Positions 8,962 to 20,141 of a stretch of DNA of 26,311 nt are shown here, piece by piece; positions within the stretch are counted from its first letter, which is position 1; every line of letters begins with the position of its first letter. The DNA is from Calditrichia bacterium. Lineage in GTDB: Bacteria > Calditrichota > Calditrichia > RBG-13-44-9. The notes under the pieces were generated by a model. That model did no database searches. It had not been told where the DNA came from and saw only the letters and a list, made by a program, of their open reading frames with translations. The translations under genes were made by a program, and so were the position numbers. The stretch is from NCBI GenBank assembly GCA_037381445.1, contig JARRQT010000053.1:26531-52841 (forward strand). The letters are read 5' to 3'.

Positions 8962-9116
8962 AAATATCCTCATCGAAAAATTTGCTGCTGCTGAATTACT
9001 TCCTTTAGGGAATCAAAAAGGTTCAAACACTAATTTCGGGCATGTTTGTTGAGCTGCAGGAGGGAATCGAAAGGATTTGGCAAGCGGGAGAGATGCGAAT
9101 TTGTTGAATTGGATTA

Positions 9117-9140
9117 CCGCCCGCACGGGCGTGCCGGCGG
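9117..9140. other. GC-rich hairpin between the convergent acyltransferase and cheZ-like genes
   Basis: ccgcc-c-gcacg-gg-cgtgc-c-ggcgg, with no clear U tract. Confidence 0.35.
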
Positions 9141-9194
9141 CAAATATTCTGAATTTCAAGGCATCATAGGGATAAAATTTCCGGAAGCAGTCTT

Positions 9195-9827
9195 TTACCC
9201 ATTTTGAAACAGTTTATCGATGTCATCCTGGGAGATCCCTTCGTTCCGGATCAGATCTTCGCTCACCTTTTCAATGTTGCGGTCATCTGAAAAATCGTTT
9301 GTTCGCCTGAGATTTCCGAACAGCATATGTTTCAGGTTTTCATCGATGTTCAATGAGTTAATTGCGCTGAACAGCCTGTTGAATCTTTCAAAAATGGCAT
9401 GAAGAATCTGCTGGGCATGTCCCAGCTGCTGCGCGGTGATATCCTGGAACTGGAGAGAGTAAACAATCTCGAATGCGTCAGCCTGCACACTTGATACCAG
9501 ATCCTGCATTTCCCGATCGTCGCTTTTATTCTGAATTTTAGCGGATAGTTCCGTTAAATTCTGATTAATAATATCCAGTTTGTCCATAATCTTCTGTGTT
9601 GCTGCTTCGGCGGTTTCGCTGGCTTCCGCGATACGCGCCTGGGCTTTTGGCATATTCGTGGTGGTTTCCTGCAGAGAATTGGTCACTCTCTCCATAAGCG
9701 GCAAGACATCGTTCAGAAAGATGAACAGCTCTTCGACAAACGGCAGAATTTCTCCGCCGAATTTGAACAAATCTTTTAGTCCCTGCAGCTTTTCCAGTAC
9801 CGCATTCTCAGTTGGTTTTTCTGTCAT
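9195..9827 (-). CDS. cheZ: CheZ-like CheY-P phosphatase
   Basis: Helical protein with ATQKIMD, the catalytic DxxxQ motif in LQFQDITAQQL, and the C-terminal CheY-binding-type tail SQDDIDKLF. Start moved from TTG 9839 to ATG 9827, which follows GAGG. Confidence 0.82.
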   Translation of the reverse strand: MTEKPTENAVLEKLQGLKDLFKFGGEILPFVEELFIFLNDVLPLMERVTNSLQETTTNMPKAQARIAEASETAEAATQKIMDKLDIINQNLTELSAKIQNKSDDREMQDLVSSVQADAFEIVYSLQFQDITAQQLGHAQQILHAIFERFNRLFSAINSLNIDENLKHMLFGNLRRTNDFSDDRNIEKVSEDLIRNEGISQDDIDKLFQNG

Positions 9828-9922
9828 AATATTCCTCAAACGAATTCTGTGTTCTTTCCTTTTGGTGTTCCGGGTTTTTCTGTGTTCCCGCTATCTGACC
9901 CGTTTTTATTTCAAAAATATGT

Positions 9923-10405
9923 TTAATTTCCCGCTTTTTGACCCGATAAAATACAGTAAATTGTTTTGAACTCGACGGTAAATGAAAAAATCACCTCTTT
10001 TTTCCCGCCTGTGGTGAGAACAGGTTTTTCGGACATTTTCCCGGAGGCCGGTATGCCGATTTCAAACTCCTGTTCGGGAGGCAGATATTTATTTAGAAAA
10101 CAGCCGGCAATGGTGTTGGCTGATTCGGAAATGAGGTCCTTCGCCATTTTCTCAAAATCCGAGGGGGAGTTCGCATCAATTGTGGTTTGCAGGATCTCTT
10201 CCAGAAAATTCTGATCGACCACCAGATTCAATCCGGCGGAAAAAGGTTGAGTGATGCTCAGCGTCGCATAATAATCATTTGATGTCAGGTCCGGCAGCTT
10301 GTCGATTTCTTCGCATTTTTCCACTTCCGCGAAAGCCATTCCTTCGAAGACTTCTGTTACCGCCTCCTGCAGGGGGATTTTCATTTCCTGAATGTCATAA
10401 TCCAT
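9923..10405 (-). CDS. cheX: CheX-like chemotaxis phosphatase
   Basis: EVFEGMAF N-terminus and a single ExxN catalytic motif (LISESANTIAG) followed by FEIGIP; 160 aa; overlaps cheY by 11 nt. Confidence 0.75.
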   Translation of the reverse strand: MDYDIQEMKIPLQEAVTEVFEGMAFAEVEKCEEIDKLPDLTSNDYYATLSITQPFSAGLNLVVDQNFLEEILQTTIDANSPSDFEKMAKDLISESANTIAGCFLNKYLPPEQEFEIGIPASGKMSEKPVLTTGGKKEVIFSFTVEFKTIYCILSGQKAGN

Positions 10406-10796
10406 TACTGTCTCCTGTATTCATATTCTGGTAACTCTTCAGAAACCGGGAAATTTCCGGCAGAGAAACAGGCTTGGTAAAAACGGCAAGCGCATTCTCC
10501 TTAATGAGTTTCTTCTCTTTGGCCGGATTGGTCAGGCTGGAAATAACGATTACCGGAATATCGGTGAGCCTGGGAGAGCTTTTGATTCTTTTCAAAAGTT
10601 CTTCTCCGCTCATATCCGGCATATTCAAATCTGTGAATACCAGATCGCATGGATTCTTCTTTAGCAGATCCAGGGCAATTTTCCCATTTTCTGCCTCGAA
10701 GATTTCAATATCCACCAAACCATTAATTTCAAGGACTCTTTTGATAATGGAGCGGGCGATTGCGGAATCATCTGCAATTAAAATCCTGTTCAGCAT
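10395..10796 (-). CDS. cheY: Single-domain response regulator (CheY-like)
   Basis: ILIADDS, VFTDLNMPDMSG, VISS and TKP motifs; start at ATG 10796 after GGAG. Confidence 0.85.
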   Translation of the reverse strand: MLNRILIADDSAIARSIIKRVLEINGLVDIEIFEAENGKIALDLLKKNPCDLVFTDLNMPDMSGEELLKRIKSSPRLTDIPVIVISSLTNPAKEKKLIKENALAVFTKPVSLPEISRFLKSYQNMNTGDSNGL

Positions 10797-10797
10797 A

Positions 10798-11667
10798 TTA
10801 GTCTCCAACAAAAATATTTAGTCTGTTCTTGATCTTCAAATATTCCATATCGGCTTCAAATACCAATTCCGAAATCATCTTTCTGTCGAGGCTGATATTT
10901 TCGGCGAATGATTTATCAAGACTATAGGCCAGGGTATCAACGCCGGTCCCGGAGCCGCTCATCATGGTCAGGATATCCGCCACATGAACGAGGCCGGTGA
11001 GTGCGGAATACTCTTTGGGACATTCGCTGAGATGATGATGATAGCGGATCACAGCCTGCAGATCATCGGAAAGACCCCATTTGCGGGCCATCGCTTCTCC
11101 CACTAGGGTATGATCCGTTCCCAGGATGGAATGCTCAATTTCCAGGAAATCGCCTGACTCTTTCCGGTCCATTTCTTCGACCAGCTCGGAGTAATATTTA
11201 TCGAAAAATTCGGAAATGATTGCCTTCCCGATATCATGCAGAAGGCCGGCCGTGTAGGCAAAATCGGGCGGAATTTGCAATTTGGTTTTTTGCGAAATGA
11301 CGCGGGCCATAATTGCCGTTCGCACCGAATGTTCCCAGAAATCATGGGGATTTGCGCTGTATCCCTTCATGGATGTCATAAATATGCTTTTAAAGGCATG
11401 GGCCAGCGCGATCCGGACCAGTGTCTGACTTCCCAGGAGCACCACCGCCTGTTTAATGGAATTGACCTGCCGCAGCAGCGCATAAGCCGCTGAGTTTACC
11501 ATTTTCAGACATTGCGCCGTCAGAGAAACATCCGCCTCCACAATCTGAATTACTTCATCAATCGAATAATCCTTTTGAGCGAGCACTTTCAGTAAGCGAT
11601 AGGGAGTTTCCGAAACCCGCGGCATTTCTTCGACGCGGCTGGTAATTTGTGATAAAATATCGTTCAT
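10798..11667 (-). CDS. HDOD domain signal-transduction protein
   Basis: DVSLTAQCLKMVNSA, SIKQAVVLLG, FWEHS, AGLLHDIGK, GTDHT..G...ARKWGL, IRYHH. ATG 11667 overlaps the cheD stop (ATGA); 11676 is an alternative start. Confidence 0.92.
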   Translation of the reverse strand: MNDILSQITSRVEEMPRVSETPYRLLKVLAQKDYSIDEVIQIVEADVSLTAQCLKMVNSAAYALLRQVNSIKQAVVLLGSQTLVRIALAHAFKSIFMTSMKGYSANPHDFWEHSVRTAIMARVISQKTKLQIPPDFAYTAGLLHDIGKAIISEFFDKYYSELVEEMDRKESGDFLEIEHSILGTDHTLVGEAMARKWGLSDDLQAVIRYHHHLSECPKEYSALTGLVHVADILTMMSGSGTGVDTLAYSLDKSFAENISLDRKMISELVFEADMEYLKIKNRLNIFVGD

Positions 11668-12148
11668 ATTTCCCATACCCCCTTTCTGGGTGATGAAACG
11701 AATACTTTCCCGGAACCGACTTCAATCCAGACGGTTCGGCTGAAATTGTCCCCCACATCTTCCACAATGGCGCCCAAGCGGTGTTTCCAGAGGATTTTCC
11801 GGATTGCCAGGACATTGCGTTTTCCGATGTTGAAGACTCCGTTGGGATCCATAATGCTGGCGCCGCCAGCGAGTTTGATGATCAGATCGCGACTTTGCAC
11901 GGCCCCCAACTTTCGGAATTCGCCTACCAGATGCGGAATTGCGATGTCCGCAAAATAGCCCGGAAGACTTTTGGCCCTCTCCCCGCCAATCGAGGAATCC
12001 GGGAGCGCCACATGAGCAAGCCCCACCGCCCGCGCCTTCGGCGCCAGGAAAACGATCGCCACACATGATCCCAGGGCCATGGTTTTTACGATATCTCCGG
12101 GATTGCCGGAAATGCCTACTTCTCCTATTCCAACCATTATTGTTGACA

Positions 12149-12149
<1 letters not shown>
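11664..12149 (-). CDS. cheD: Chemoreceptor glutamine deamidase CheD
   Basis: LGSCVA (catalytic Cys), AHVALP, KLAGGA, IGKRN and EDVG motifs. Confidence 0.93.
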
Positions 12150-14043
<1,894 letters not shown>

Positions 14044-14093
14044 TACAACGATTTACTCCCCGTTTTATCCATTTTCACAGTTCCGTTTAAATA

Positions 14094-14120
14094 TTATCGG
14101 GTGTAACCTCAAAAAATTTA
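14094..14120 (-). promoter_or_regulatory. Putative sigma28 (FliA) promoter upstream of cheR
   Basis: Minus strand TAAA-N15-CCCGATAA, a 7/8 match to the GCCGATAA -10 element with canonical spacing. Confidence 0.75.
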
Positions 14121-14181
14121 TGAAAATAATGAAACTGATTAAAATTTGCGGCGGAGCAAATATTTTAAAGACCATTTTGGG

Positions 14182-14213
14182 AAAAGGGAGCTGAAGCTGA
14201 ACTGCGCCCTTTT
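14182..14213 (-). terminator. Weak possible terminator after the heme-MCP gene
   Basis: aaaaggg...ccctttt arms with an imperfect inner stem. Confidence 0.3.
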
Positions 14214-14238
14214 GGCCCGGATATTTCTGCCTTTCCAT

Positions 14239-16446
14239 CTATTTTGAAAAATCTTCCGCATATTCTGTCTCGGAAAAAACCGCAGCGTCACGGCAAAAGC
14301 CGCTGTTCTCTTTCAGTTGGTATTTTTCCAGCAGCCCTTTGAGCTGCACGACCTGCCCTGACAGTTCTTCCGCCGCGGAAGCGCTTTCTTCGGCGCTGGC
14401 GGCATTGGACTGGGTGACCTGGTCCACCTGCACCAGTGCCTGATTTACCTGCTCCAGTCCCTGTACCTGTTCTTTGGAAGCATTGGCAATCTCGCCCACC
14501 AGATCCGTTACTTTGGTCACCACCTGAATGATCTCATCCAGGGCGTGGGCGGTCTGGTTGGCGATTTTCGTGCCGTTTTCCACCCGATCCAGGGAGCCTT
14601 CAATCAGCTCGGTGGTTTCCCGGGCCGCTTTGGCGCTGCGCTGGGCCAGGTTCCTGACCTCCTCGGCCACCACCGCGAAACCTTTGCCGTGCACGCCGGC
14701 GCGGGCCGCTTCCACCGCGGCATTCAGGGCCAGCAGGTTGGTCTGGAAGGCGATCTCATCGATGACCTTGATGATCTTTGAAATCTGGCCGGAAGACTCA
14801 TTGATTCCTTCCATGGCCTGAAGCATCTGTTTCATCTGGCCGTTGCCGGTTTCAGCGGAATTGCGCGCCGTTGTGGAAAGCTGGTTGGCCTGTGCCGCAT
14901 TCTCGGCATTCCGGCGGGACTGGGAACCGATTTCCGCCATGGAGGAGGTGATTTCCTCCAGGGAACCGGCCTGTTCGGTGGCGCCCTGTGAAACCGACTG
15001 ACTGGCATCCGATACCTGCAGAGAAACCGTGGAAAGTTGTTCAACGGCATTTGAAACCTGACTCAGAAAATCATTGAGGGAAGCGATGGTATCGTTCAGT
15101 GCATTTTTGATTCTGGCATGGTCGCCCAGATAATCTCCGGTGACATCTTTGGTCAGACTGCCGGAGGAAACCGATTCCAGACATTGGATGGTTTCACCGA
15201 TAGGGGCCAGCATATTCTCAAGAATACTGTTAATCCCTTCAATAATCTTCCGGTACTCGCCTTCGAATTTTTTGACATCTCCCCGGGTCTCGAGTTTACC
15301 TTCTCTGGCGGCCGAAGAGAGGGAGAGCCCCTCGTCAACCAGGGCTTTCAGGTTATCCCGGATGGTATTCATGCTCTGACTGATAACGATTTGCTGGCCG
15401 GGGAAATCCCGGACTTTAATATCAAGGTTCCCGCGGGCATATTCAGACAGGATCGAAATGACCTCCTGCAGGGGATTGATAATCGCCTCCAGCGCGGTAT
15501 TTATTCCTTCCAGCAGCAGGGCATATGATCCCTTGAATTTTTCCGGATGACAGCGGGTGTCCAGCCGGCCCTTTTTCTGGGCTTCTATGGTGGAAATCAA
15601 ATCGTTCTGCATATCTTCAAGGCTGCTTTTTACGGAAAGCATTGCCTTCCCCAGCACATCTTCTTCCGATAGAATCTGAATCTCAACCTCCAGATTACCA
15701 TTTGCCAGATTATCTGCAACATCGGTTTTGTGGGCAATGTTATCCTGCAATATCTGCATTGCCTTAAATGCTTCACCCAGTTCATCTTTCCGGGTTGTGC
15801 GAATTTCATTTGAAATGCTGCCTGTGGAAATATTCCTGATGTAATGGATCAATTTTTTGACTTCCCGGATGATCTGGCGGTCGACCAGAAAAATAATAAA
15901 TCCGGAGGCCAGCAGAATTGTGAAAAGGCCCAGAATGAAGGCTAGCCATTGCTGGGAATGAATGGATGCCTGAATTTCTTTTGTGGAATAGCGGATGCTT
16001 AAAACCGCCAGCGGATCTCCTGTATTTCCCTCATGACATTGCAGACAGCTTTCATTTGCAATAATGGGATCAACGGTTCTGATTACCGGCTCGTTCAGGT
16101 AATCCTCGGAAAAAAAGTGGGGCTCAGCGGATTGAAAAACTTCGGATTCATCCGCATCCATCTGATTTTGGCTGTTTTCCCGGATGCTGTTGGCAGGAAT
16201 CAGCCGGATTTCGCGAATCTTCGGATTTTCTTTCAGCATTTTAATGAATGGATCGATGCTTGTGATACCTTCCCCCATGGAAAAAACGGTTGAATTCACA
16301 AGAATGTTTTTCAATTCGCGGACGTTTTCTTCGGCATCCAATACAATTCGCTTTGTGCTTCGGTTGAGAAGGAGGAGAAGAGATAAACCCAGAACAACTA
16401 CCAGGGAGCCAGCGACGATCATGCCGATCTTGCGTGAAATTGACAT
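14239..16446 (-). CDS. Methyl-accepting chemotaxis protein with periplasmic c-type heme sensor domain (DUF3365/Tll0287-like) and poly-HAMP region
   Basis: Two TM segments; periplasmic CLQCH at 16033-16047; repeated HAMP units; signalling tip [34 protein letters not shown]. Confidence 0.92.
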   Translation of the reverse strand: MSISRKIGMIVAGSLVVVLGLSLLLLLNRSTKRIVLDAEENVRELKNILVNSTVFSMGEGITSIDPFIKMLKENPKIREIRLIPANSIRENSQNQMDADESEVFQSAEPHFFSEDYLNEPVIRTVDPIIANESCLQCHEGNTGDPLAVLSIRYSTKEIQASIHSQQWLAFILGLFTILLASGFIIFLVDRQIIREVKKLIHYIRNISTGSISNEIRTTRKDELGEAFKAMQILQDNIAHKTDVADNLANGNLEVEIQILSEEDVLGKAMLSVKSSLEDMQNDLISTIEAQKKGRLDTRCHPEKFKGSYALLLEGINTALEAIINPLQEVISILSEYARGNLDIKVRDFPGQQIVISQSMNTIRDNLKALVDEGLSLSSAAREGKLETRGDVKKFEGEYRKIIEGINSILENMLAPIGETIQCLESVSSGSLTKDVTGDYLGDHARIKNALNDTIASLNDFLSQVSNAVEQLSTVSLQVSDASQSVSQGATEQAGSLEEITSSMAEIGSQSRRNAENAAQANQLSTTARNSAETGNGQMKQMLQAMEGINESSGQISKIIKVIDEIAFQTNLLALNAAVEAARAGVHGKGFAVVAEEVRNLAQRSAKAARETTELIEGSLDRVENGTKIANQTAHALDEIIQVVTKVTDLVGEIANASKEQVQGLEQVNQALVQVDQVTQSNAASAEESASAAEELSGQVVQLKGLLEKYQLKENSGFCRDAAVFSETEYAEDFSK
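14360..15018. repeat. Copy 1 of a ~660-bp direct repeat (MCP signalling domain)
   Basis: Aligns without gaps to 16763-17421 (offset 2403), roughly 90% identical by eye. Confidence 0.9.
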
Positions 16447-16478
16447 GGTGCAGCCTCTTCATTTATTTTATGATAAGA

Positions 16479-16511
16479 AACCGGCTGCAGCGGCAAGCTG
16501 CTGTTCCGGTT
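16479..16511. other. Intergenic hairpin between the two MCP genes
   Basis: aaccgg..cagcggc-aa-gctgctg..ccggtt imperfect inverted repeat. Confidence 0.4.
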
Positions 16512-16524
16512 CCGGAAATTAATC

Positions 16525-18819
16525 TCAAAATTCACCGAAGTCGTCGTCGTCAAGTGCAATAATCTGATTGGGCGTTATTCTGTCGGAGTTCCTCTTTTTG
16601 CCATTTCCCCCATTTCGGCCATTCTTTTTTGCTTCCGGTGCAGATGATTTACGGGAAACCTGCGCAGGTTGAAAAGGAGACTGGTTTCTATGCATGTCCA
16701 TAAGCAATTTTTTGGCAAGCTGGAATTTGCCGAGCATTGATTTCAGACGATGGGACTGGCCGGACAGTTCTTCCGCCGCCGAGGCGCTTTCCTCGGCGCT
16801 GGCGGCATTGGACTGGGTGACCTGGTCCACCTGCACCAGCGCATGATTTACCTGATCCAGTCCCTGTACCTGCTCCTTGGAAGCATTGGCAATCTCGCCC
16901 ACCAGATCCGTTACTTTGGTCACCACCTGAATGATCTCATCCAGTGCGTGAGCGGTTTGGTTGGCGATTTTGGTGCCGTTTTCCACCCGGTCCAGGGAAC
17001 CTTCAATCAGCTCGGTGGTTTCCCGGGCCGCTTTGGCGCTGCGCTGCGCCAGGTTCCTGACTTCTTCTGCCACCACCGCAAATCCCTTTCCGTGGATCCC
17101 GGCGCGGGCCGCTTCCACCGCGGCATTCAGGGCCAGCAGGTTGGTCTGGAAGGCGATCTCATCAATGACCTTGATGATCTTGGAAATCTGGCCGGAGGAT
17201 TCATTGATTCCCTCCATGGCCTGAAGCATCTGTTTCATCTGGTTATTGCCGGTTTCTGCAGAATTGCGGGCCGTCGTGGAAAGCTGGTTGGCCTGTGCGG
17301 CATTCTCGGCGTTCTGGCGGGACTGGGAGCCGATTTCCGCCATGGAAGAGGTGATTTCCTCCAGCGAACTGGCCTGTTCGGTAGCGCCCTGCGATACGGC
17401 CTGGCTGGCATCGGATACCTGACGCACCCCGTCCGTCACCTGGTCCACAGACAAATTCACCTGGGCCAGGATATCGTTCAGCGCATCAATTGTGCTGTTC
17501 AACGAATTTTTCATCTGGGCATAATCGCCTTTATACTCTCCCTGCATCTTCCGGGTGAGAATTCCATTCGCCATTTCATCCAGTACTTCCAGTACCTCAT
17601 TCACCGGCTTCACAATAGCATCCAACGTATTATTGACCCCGGCCATAATCTGGCGGTACGCCCCGTTAAATTTATCCGCGTCCCCCCGGCTGGAAAGATC
17701 CCCTTCTGCGGCGGCCTGGGTCAGTCCCAGCATTTCGTCCACCAGATTCTGCAGATTGTCCTTTAATTCGTTCATATTTTCATTGATGACAACCTGTTTG
17801 CCGGGAAGCAATCTCAGGTCTTTGGCAAAATCTCCCTTGGCGTAGGCGCTCAGCACTTCCAGGATTGAAAGTGTATTGTCCACGTGAATTTTTACCGATT
17901 CATTGACCCCTTCGGCCACCTTACGATAAATGCCTTTCAATTTTTCTGCGGGAATCTTGGCATCCATATCGCCGGATTTTTGCAGCTCATTCATCTCCAT
18001 GATGCCGTTCATCACTTCCGTCAGATTCTGCTTCATGGACATCATGGATTCACCCAGCACATCTGCTTCCGAAGCTTTTTCCACTTTGACATCCAGGTTA
18101 CCTTCCGCAATTTTGCCCGCCACCATGGCTTTTTCCTCCAGGGTCGCGACCATTTTTCTGAATGAGTCCGCCAGTTTTCCGATCTCGTCTCCCCGCTGGA
18201 TATCTATTTTCTGCCGCAAATCCCCTGCACTCATTTTCCAGGCAATTTTGGTCAGTTTCCCGATGGGATCAGAAATGTTTCTGGCGATGAATATGGTGAT
18301 GAAGGTGAAAAATGCGGTCATGATCAGAACGGCTATTATCATGGTCCAGAAGGCATTACTCAGGTGGTTGTTTCTTTCCTCCAGCGAGATTCCCAGGGTC
18401 AGCAGACCGATTTGATTTCCGGAGGATGTTACCGGCAGTTGCTGGAACATTTCATTTTTATATTTTGAAAAATCGTTCGTATTGCTGATTCGAATATCCT
18501 TCATACCGTTTTTCCGGTAGTGCAGAACCTCCTTACCGGATGCATTCTTTATGCTGATATAGGAAAACAGGTCCTGCTGGGTGAATTCATTGATGGCGCT
18601 CCTGATGGCATCGTTGTCAGAAAATTCCAGTCCGGGAGTGATGGCACGGGCTGCAATATTACTCATTACGGTCAGTGATGATTCCAGATTTCGGGTCAGT
18701 GCTTTTTTGGTCATGCGATTGGAAACCAGCATGGTTCCGATCATCAGCACAATGACGGTTGAAATAAAAGTAAAGAGCATTTTTGATTTCAGGTTCATCC
18801 GGTTGAAATTCATCAGCAA
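16525..18819 (-). CDS. Methyl-accepting chemotaxis protein with CHASE8/YfiN-like periplasmic domain, poly-HAMP region and C-terminal CheR-tethering pentapeptide
   Basis: Two TM segments; periplasmic [23 protein letters not shown]...[19 protein letters not shown] units; Tsr-like signalling domain; disordered linker ending DDDFGEF. Confidence 0.92.
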   Translation of the reverse strand: MLMNFNRMNLKSKMLFTFISTVIVLMIGTMLVSNRMTKKALTRNLESSLTVMSNIAARAITPGLEFSDNDAIRSAINEFTQQDLFSYISIKNASGKEVLHYRKNGMKDIRISNTNDFSKYKNEMFQQLPVTSSGNQIGLLTLGISLEERNNHLSNAFWTMIIAVLIMTAFFTFITIFIARNISDPIGKLTKIAWKMSAGDLRQKIDIQRGDEIGKLADSFRKMVATLEEKAMVAGKIAEGNLDVKVEKASEADVLGESMMSMKQNLTEVMNGIMEMNELQKSGDMDAKIPAEKLKGIYRKVAEGVNESVKIHVDNTLSILEVLSAYAKGDFAKDLRLLPGKQVVINENMNELKDNLQNLVDEMLGLTQAAAEGDLSSRGDADKFNGAYRQIMAGVNNTLDAIVKPVNEVLEVLDEMANGILTRKMQGEYKGDYAQMKNSLNSTIDALNDILAQVNLSVDQVTDGVRQVSDASQAVSQGATEQASSLEEITSSMAEIGSQSRQNAENAAQANQLSTTARNSAETGNNQMKQMLQAMEGINESSGQISKIIKVIDEIAFQTNLLALNAAVEAARAGIHGKGFAVVAEEVRNLAQRSAKAARETTELIEGSLDRVENGTKIANQTAHALDEIIQVVTKVTDLVGEIANASKEQVQGLDQVNHALVQVDQVTQSNAASAEESASAAEELSGQSHRLKSMLGKFQLAKKLLMDMHRNQSPFQPAQVSRKSSAPEAKKNGRNGGNGKKRNSDRITPNQIIALDDDDFGEF
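16763..17421. repeat. Copy 2 of the ~660-bp direct repeat (MCP signalling domain)
   Basis: Matches 14360-15018. Confidence 0.9.
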
Positions 18820-18937
18820 TTCCTTTCACACTTTAATCTGAGGAAATATGATTGACTATTTTCTCTGTTTTTTGCAGCTATATTTAGTGAGCGTATTCTT
18901 ACAAATGATCGAAAAAATGATCCGCTCGGATTTATCT

Positions 18938-19471
18938 TTACTGTATGACCCGCGAGATGCCGGCCTGTCGGATAAAGTCGCTGGTAAATTTTGACTGAAA
19001 TGAGTCGCTGTGTTTAAGGTTCACAACTACATCGGTTTTATCATTTCCCTCTGCCAGAATTCCGATAAGCGCGCCGGATTCAGTATATTCGGGGGAGGTG
19101 GTGATGAGGGGAATTCTTTTCTCTTTGCACTTGGAAAGTATGTATAATTTGTTGGATTTCTGGGAAAGGATATCTGTATCATAGATAACAACGAAGCTCT
19201 TGTCGTTGATTTCCTTGAAGCTCGTCCCGATATCGGTCGCGTTTTCGACGGGATAAAGTACCACCTTCATCTGAGTTTGTGCAGCGGCCCGGGTGACCCT
19301 GGTCTTTTCCGTCTCCAGCAGGTCTTTGGTGACCAGCACAGAGACCTCTTTAATCTCGGGAAAAATTTTCTTTACCAGAAAGAATATCTGGAGCGGCGTC
19401 GGGCTATTGGCAGCCTGAACTGCATTTTGAGCGAAAAATATCAGGCAAAATAAGAAGAGCATTTTTTTCAT
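18938..19471 (-). CDS. Secreted protein resembling YfiR/HmsC (DUF4154) or half of an ABC substrate-binding fold
   Basis: Sec signal MKKMLFLFCLIFFAQNAVQA; C-terminal IPLITTSPEYTESGALIGI...VVVNLK....SKFTSDFIRQA pattern; start at ATG 19471 after GGAGG (ORF track gives 19483). The CDS is well supported; the family call is by eye. Confidence 0.6.
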   Translation of the reverse strand: MKKMLFLFCLIFFAQNAVQAANSPTPLQIFFLVKKIFPEIKEVSVLVTKDLLETEKTRVTRAAAQTQMKVVLYPVENATDIGTSFKEINDKSFVVIYDTDILSQKSNKLYILSKCKEKRIPLITTSPEYTESGALIGILAEGNDKTDVVVNLKHSDSFQSKFTSDFIRQAGISRVIQ

Positions 19472-19603
19472 CGGTTCCTCCATGAATTTTAGAAAAGAGA
19501 TTCCAATCCTTTTTGAGATCCGGTCACTTCACTCCCTGACGCACCGAATCCGGGCTGATTTTCTGCATTTCCTTTTTTTATTTTATTTGATGCTTCATGA
19601 AAA

Positions 19604-19631
19604 ATTTCGGAAATCTACTGCCGGAAGTTTA
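19604..19631 (-). promoter_or_regulatory. Possible sigma28 promoter upstream of the YfiR-like/MCP genes
   Basis: Minus strand TAAA-N16-TCCGAAAT; the -35 element overlaps the cheW stop codon. Confidence 0.45.
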
Positions 19632-20141
19632 TACTTCCGCTACTTCCGCCGTCCCGGCAATCTGCTCCAGTTCTTCTTCGAACAAAAGCTGATTAACATC
19701 CAGAATAATCTTTACCTCGTCGCCAACCTTTCCCAGCCCCTGAATGAACCGGCTTTCCGAACCTTTGTTTACGGAGGGCGGGGGATCTATCTGGCTGCCC
19801 GCAATATCGATCACTTCTTTTACGGAGTCCACAATCAAACCCACTGAAATGCCGTTGATATTCACAACCACAATGCAGGTCCGCTCATCATACTCCCGTT
19901 TTTCCAGACCAAACCGCATCCGCACGTCGATAACCGGGATGACTTTGCCGCGAAGATTGATGACGCCTTTAATGAAATCGGGCATGTCCGGCAGATCGGT
20001 GATTTTCTGAATTCCGATAATTTCCGTTACATAACGGATTTCTATCGCGTATTCTTCTTTCCCGATGGGGAATGACAGAAATTTTCCCTCCTGCGTATCC
20101 TCTGACTGTTCGGCCGCCAGCATGGTTTTTTCATCTTCCAT
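19629..20141 (-). CDS. cheW: Chemotaxis coupling protein CheW
   Basis: EEYAIEIRYVTEIIG, GVINLRGKVIPVIDVR and GLIVDSV motifs; TAATG overlap with cheA. Confidence 0.97.
   Translation of the reverse strand: MEDEKTMLAAEQSEDTQEGKFLSFPIGKEEYAIEIRYVTEIIGIQKITDLPDMPDFIKGVINLRGKVIPVIDVRMRFGLEKREYDERTCIVVVNINGISVGLIVDSVKEVIDIAGSQIDPPPSVNKGSESRFIQGLGKVGDEVKIILDVNQLLFEEELEQIAGTAEVAEV

Noticed and set aside
9923..9949. Plus-strand CCCGATAA as an antisense sigma28 promoter
   Set aside because: The -35 position reads TTAA rather than TAAA, and it lies within cheX coding sequence on the opposite strand
16750..17766. 338-aa plus-strand ORF and similar ORFs at 14528-14821 and 16961-17224
   Set aside because: Antisense to the MCP signalling domains; their mutual similarity just mirrors the MCP repeat
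18906..18934. Minus-strand TAAA-N17-TTCGATCA upstream of the first MCP
   Set aside because: Spacer too long for sigma28 and weak -10 match
19482..19847. 121-aa plus-strand ORF spanning the cheW/YfiR-like gap
   Set aside because: Largely antisense to cheW with low-complexity composition and no clear RBS
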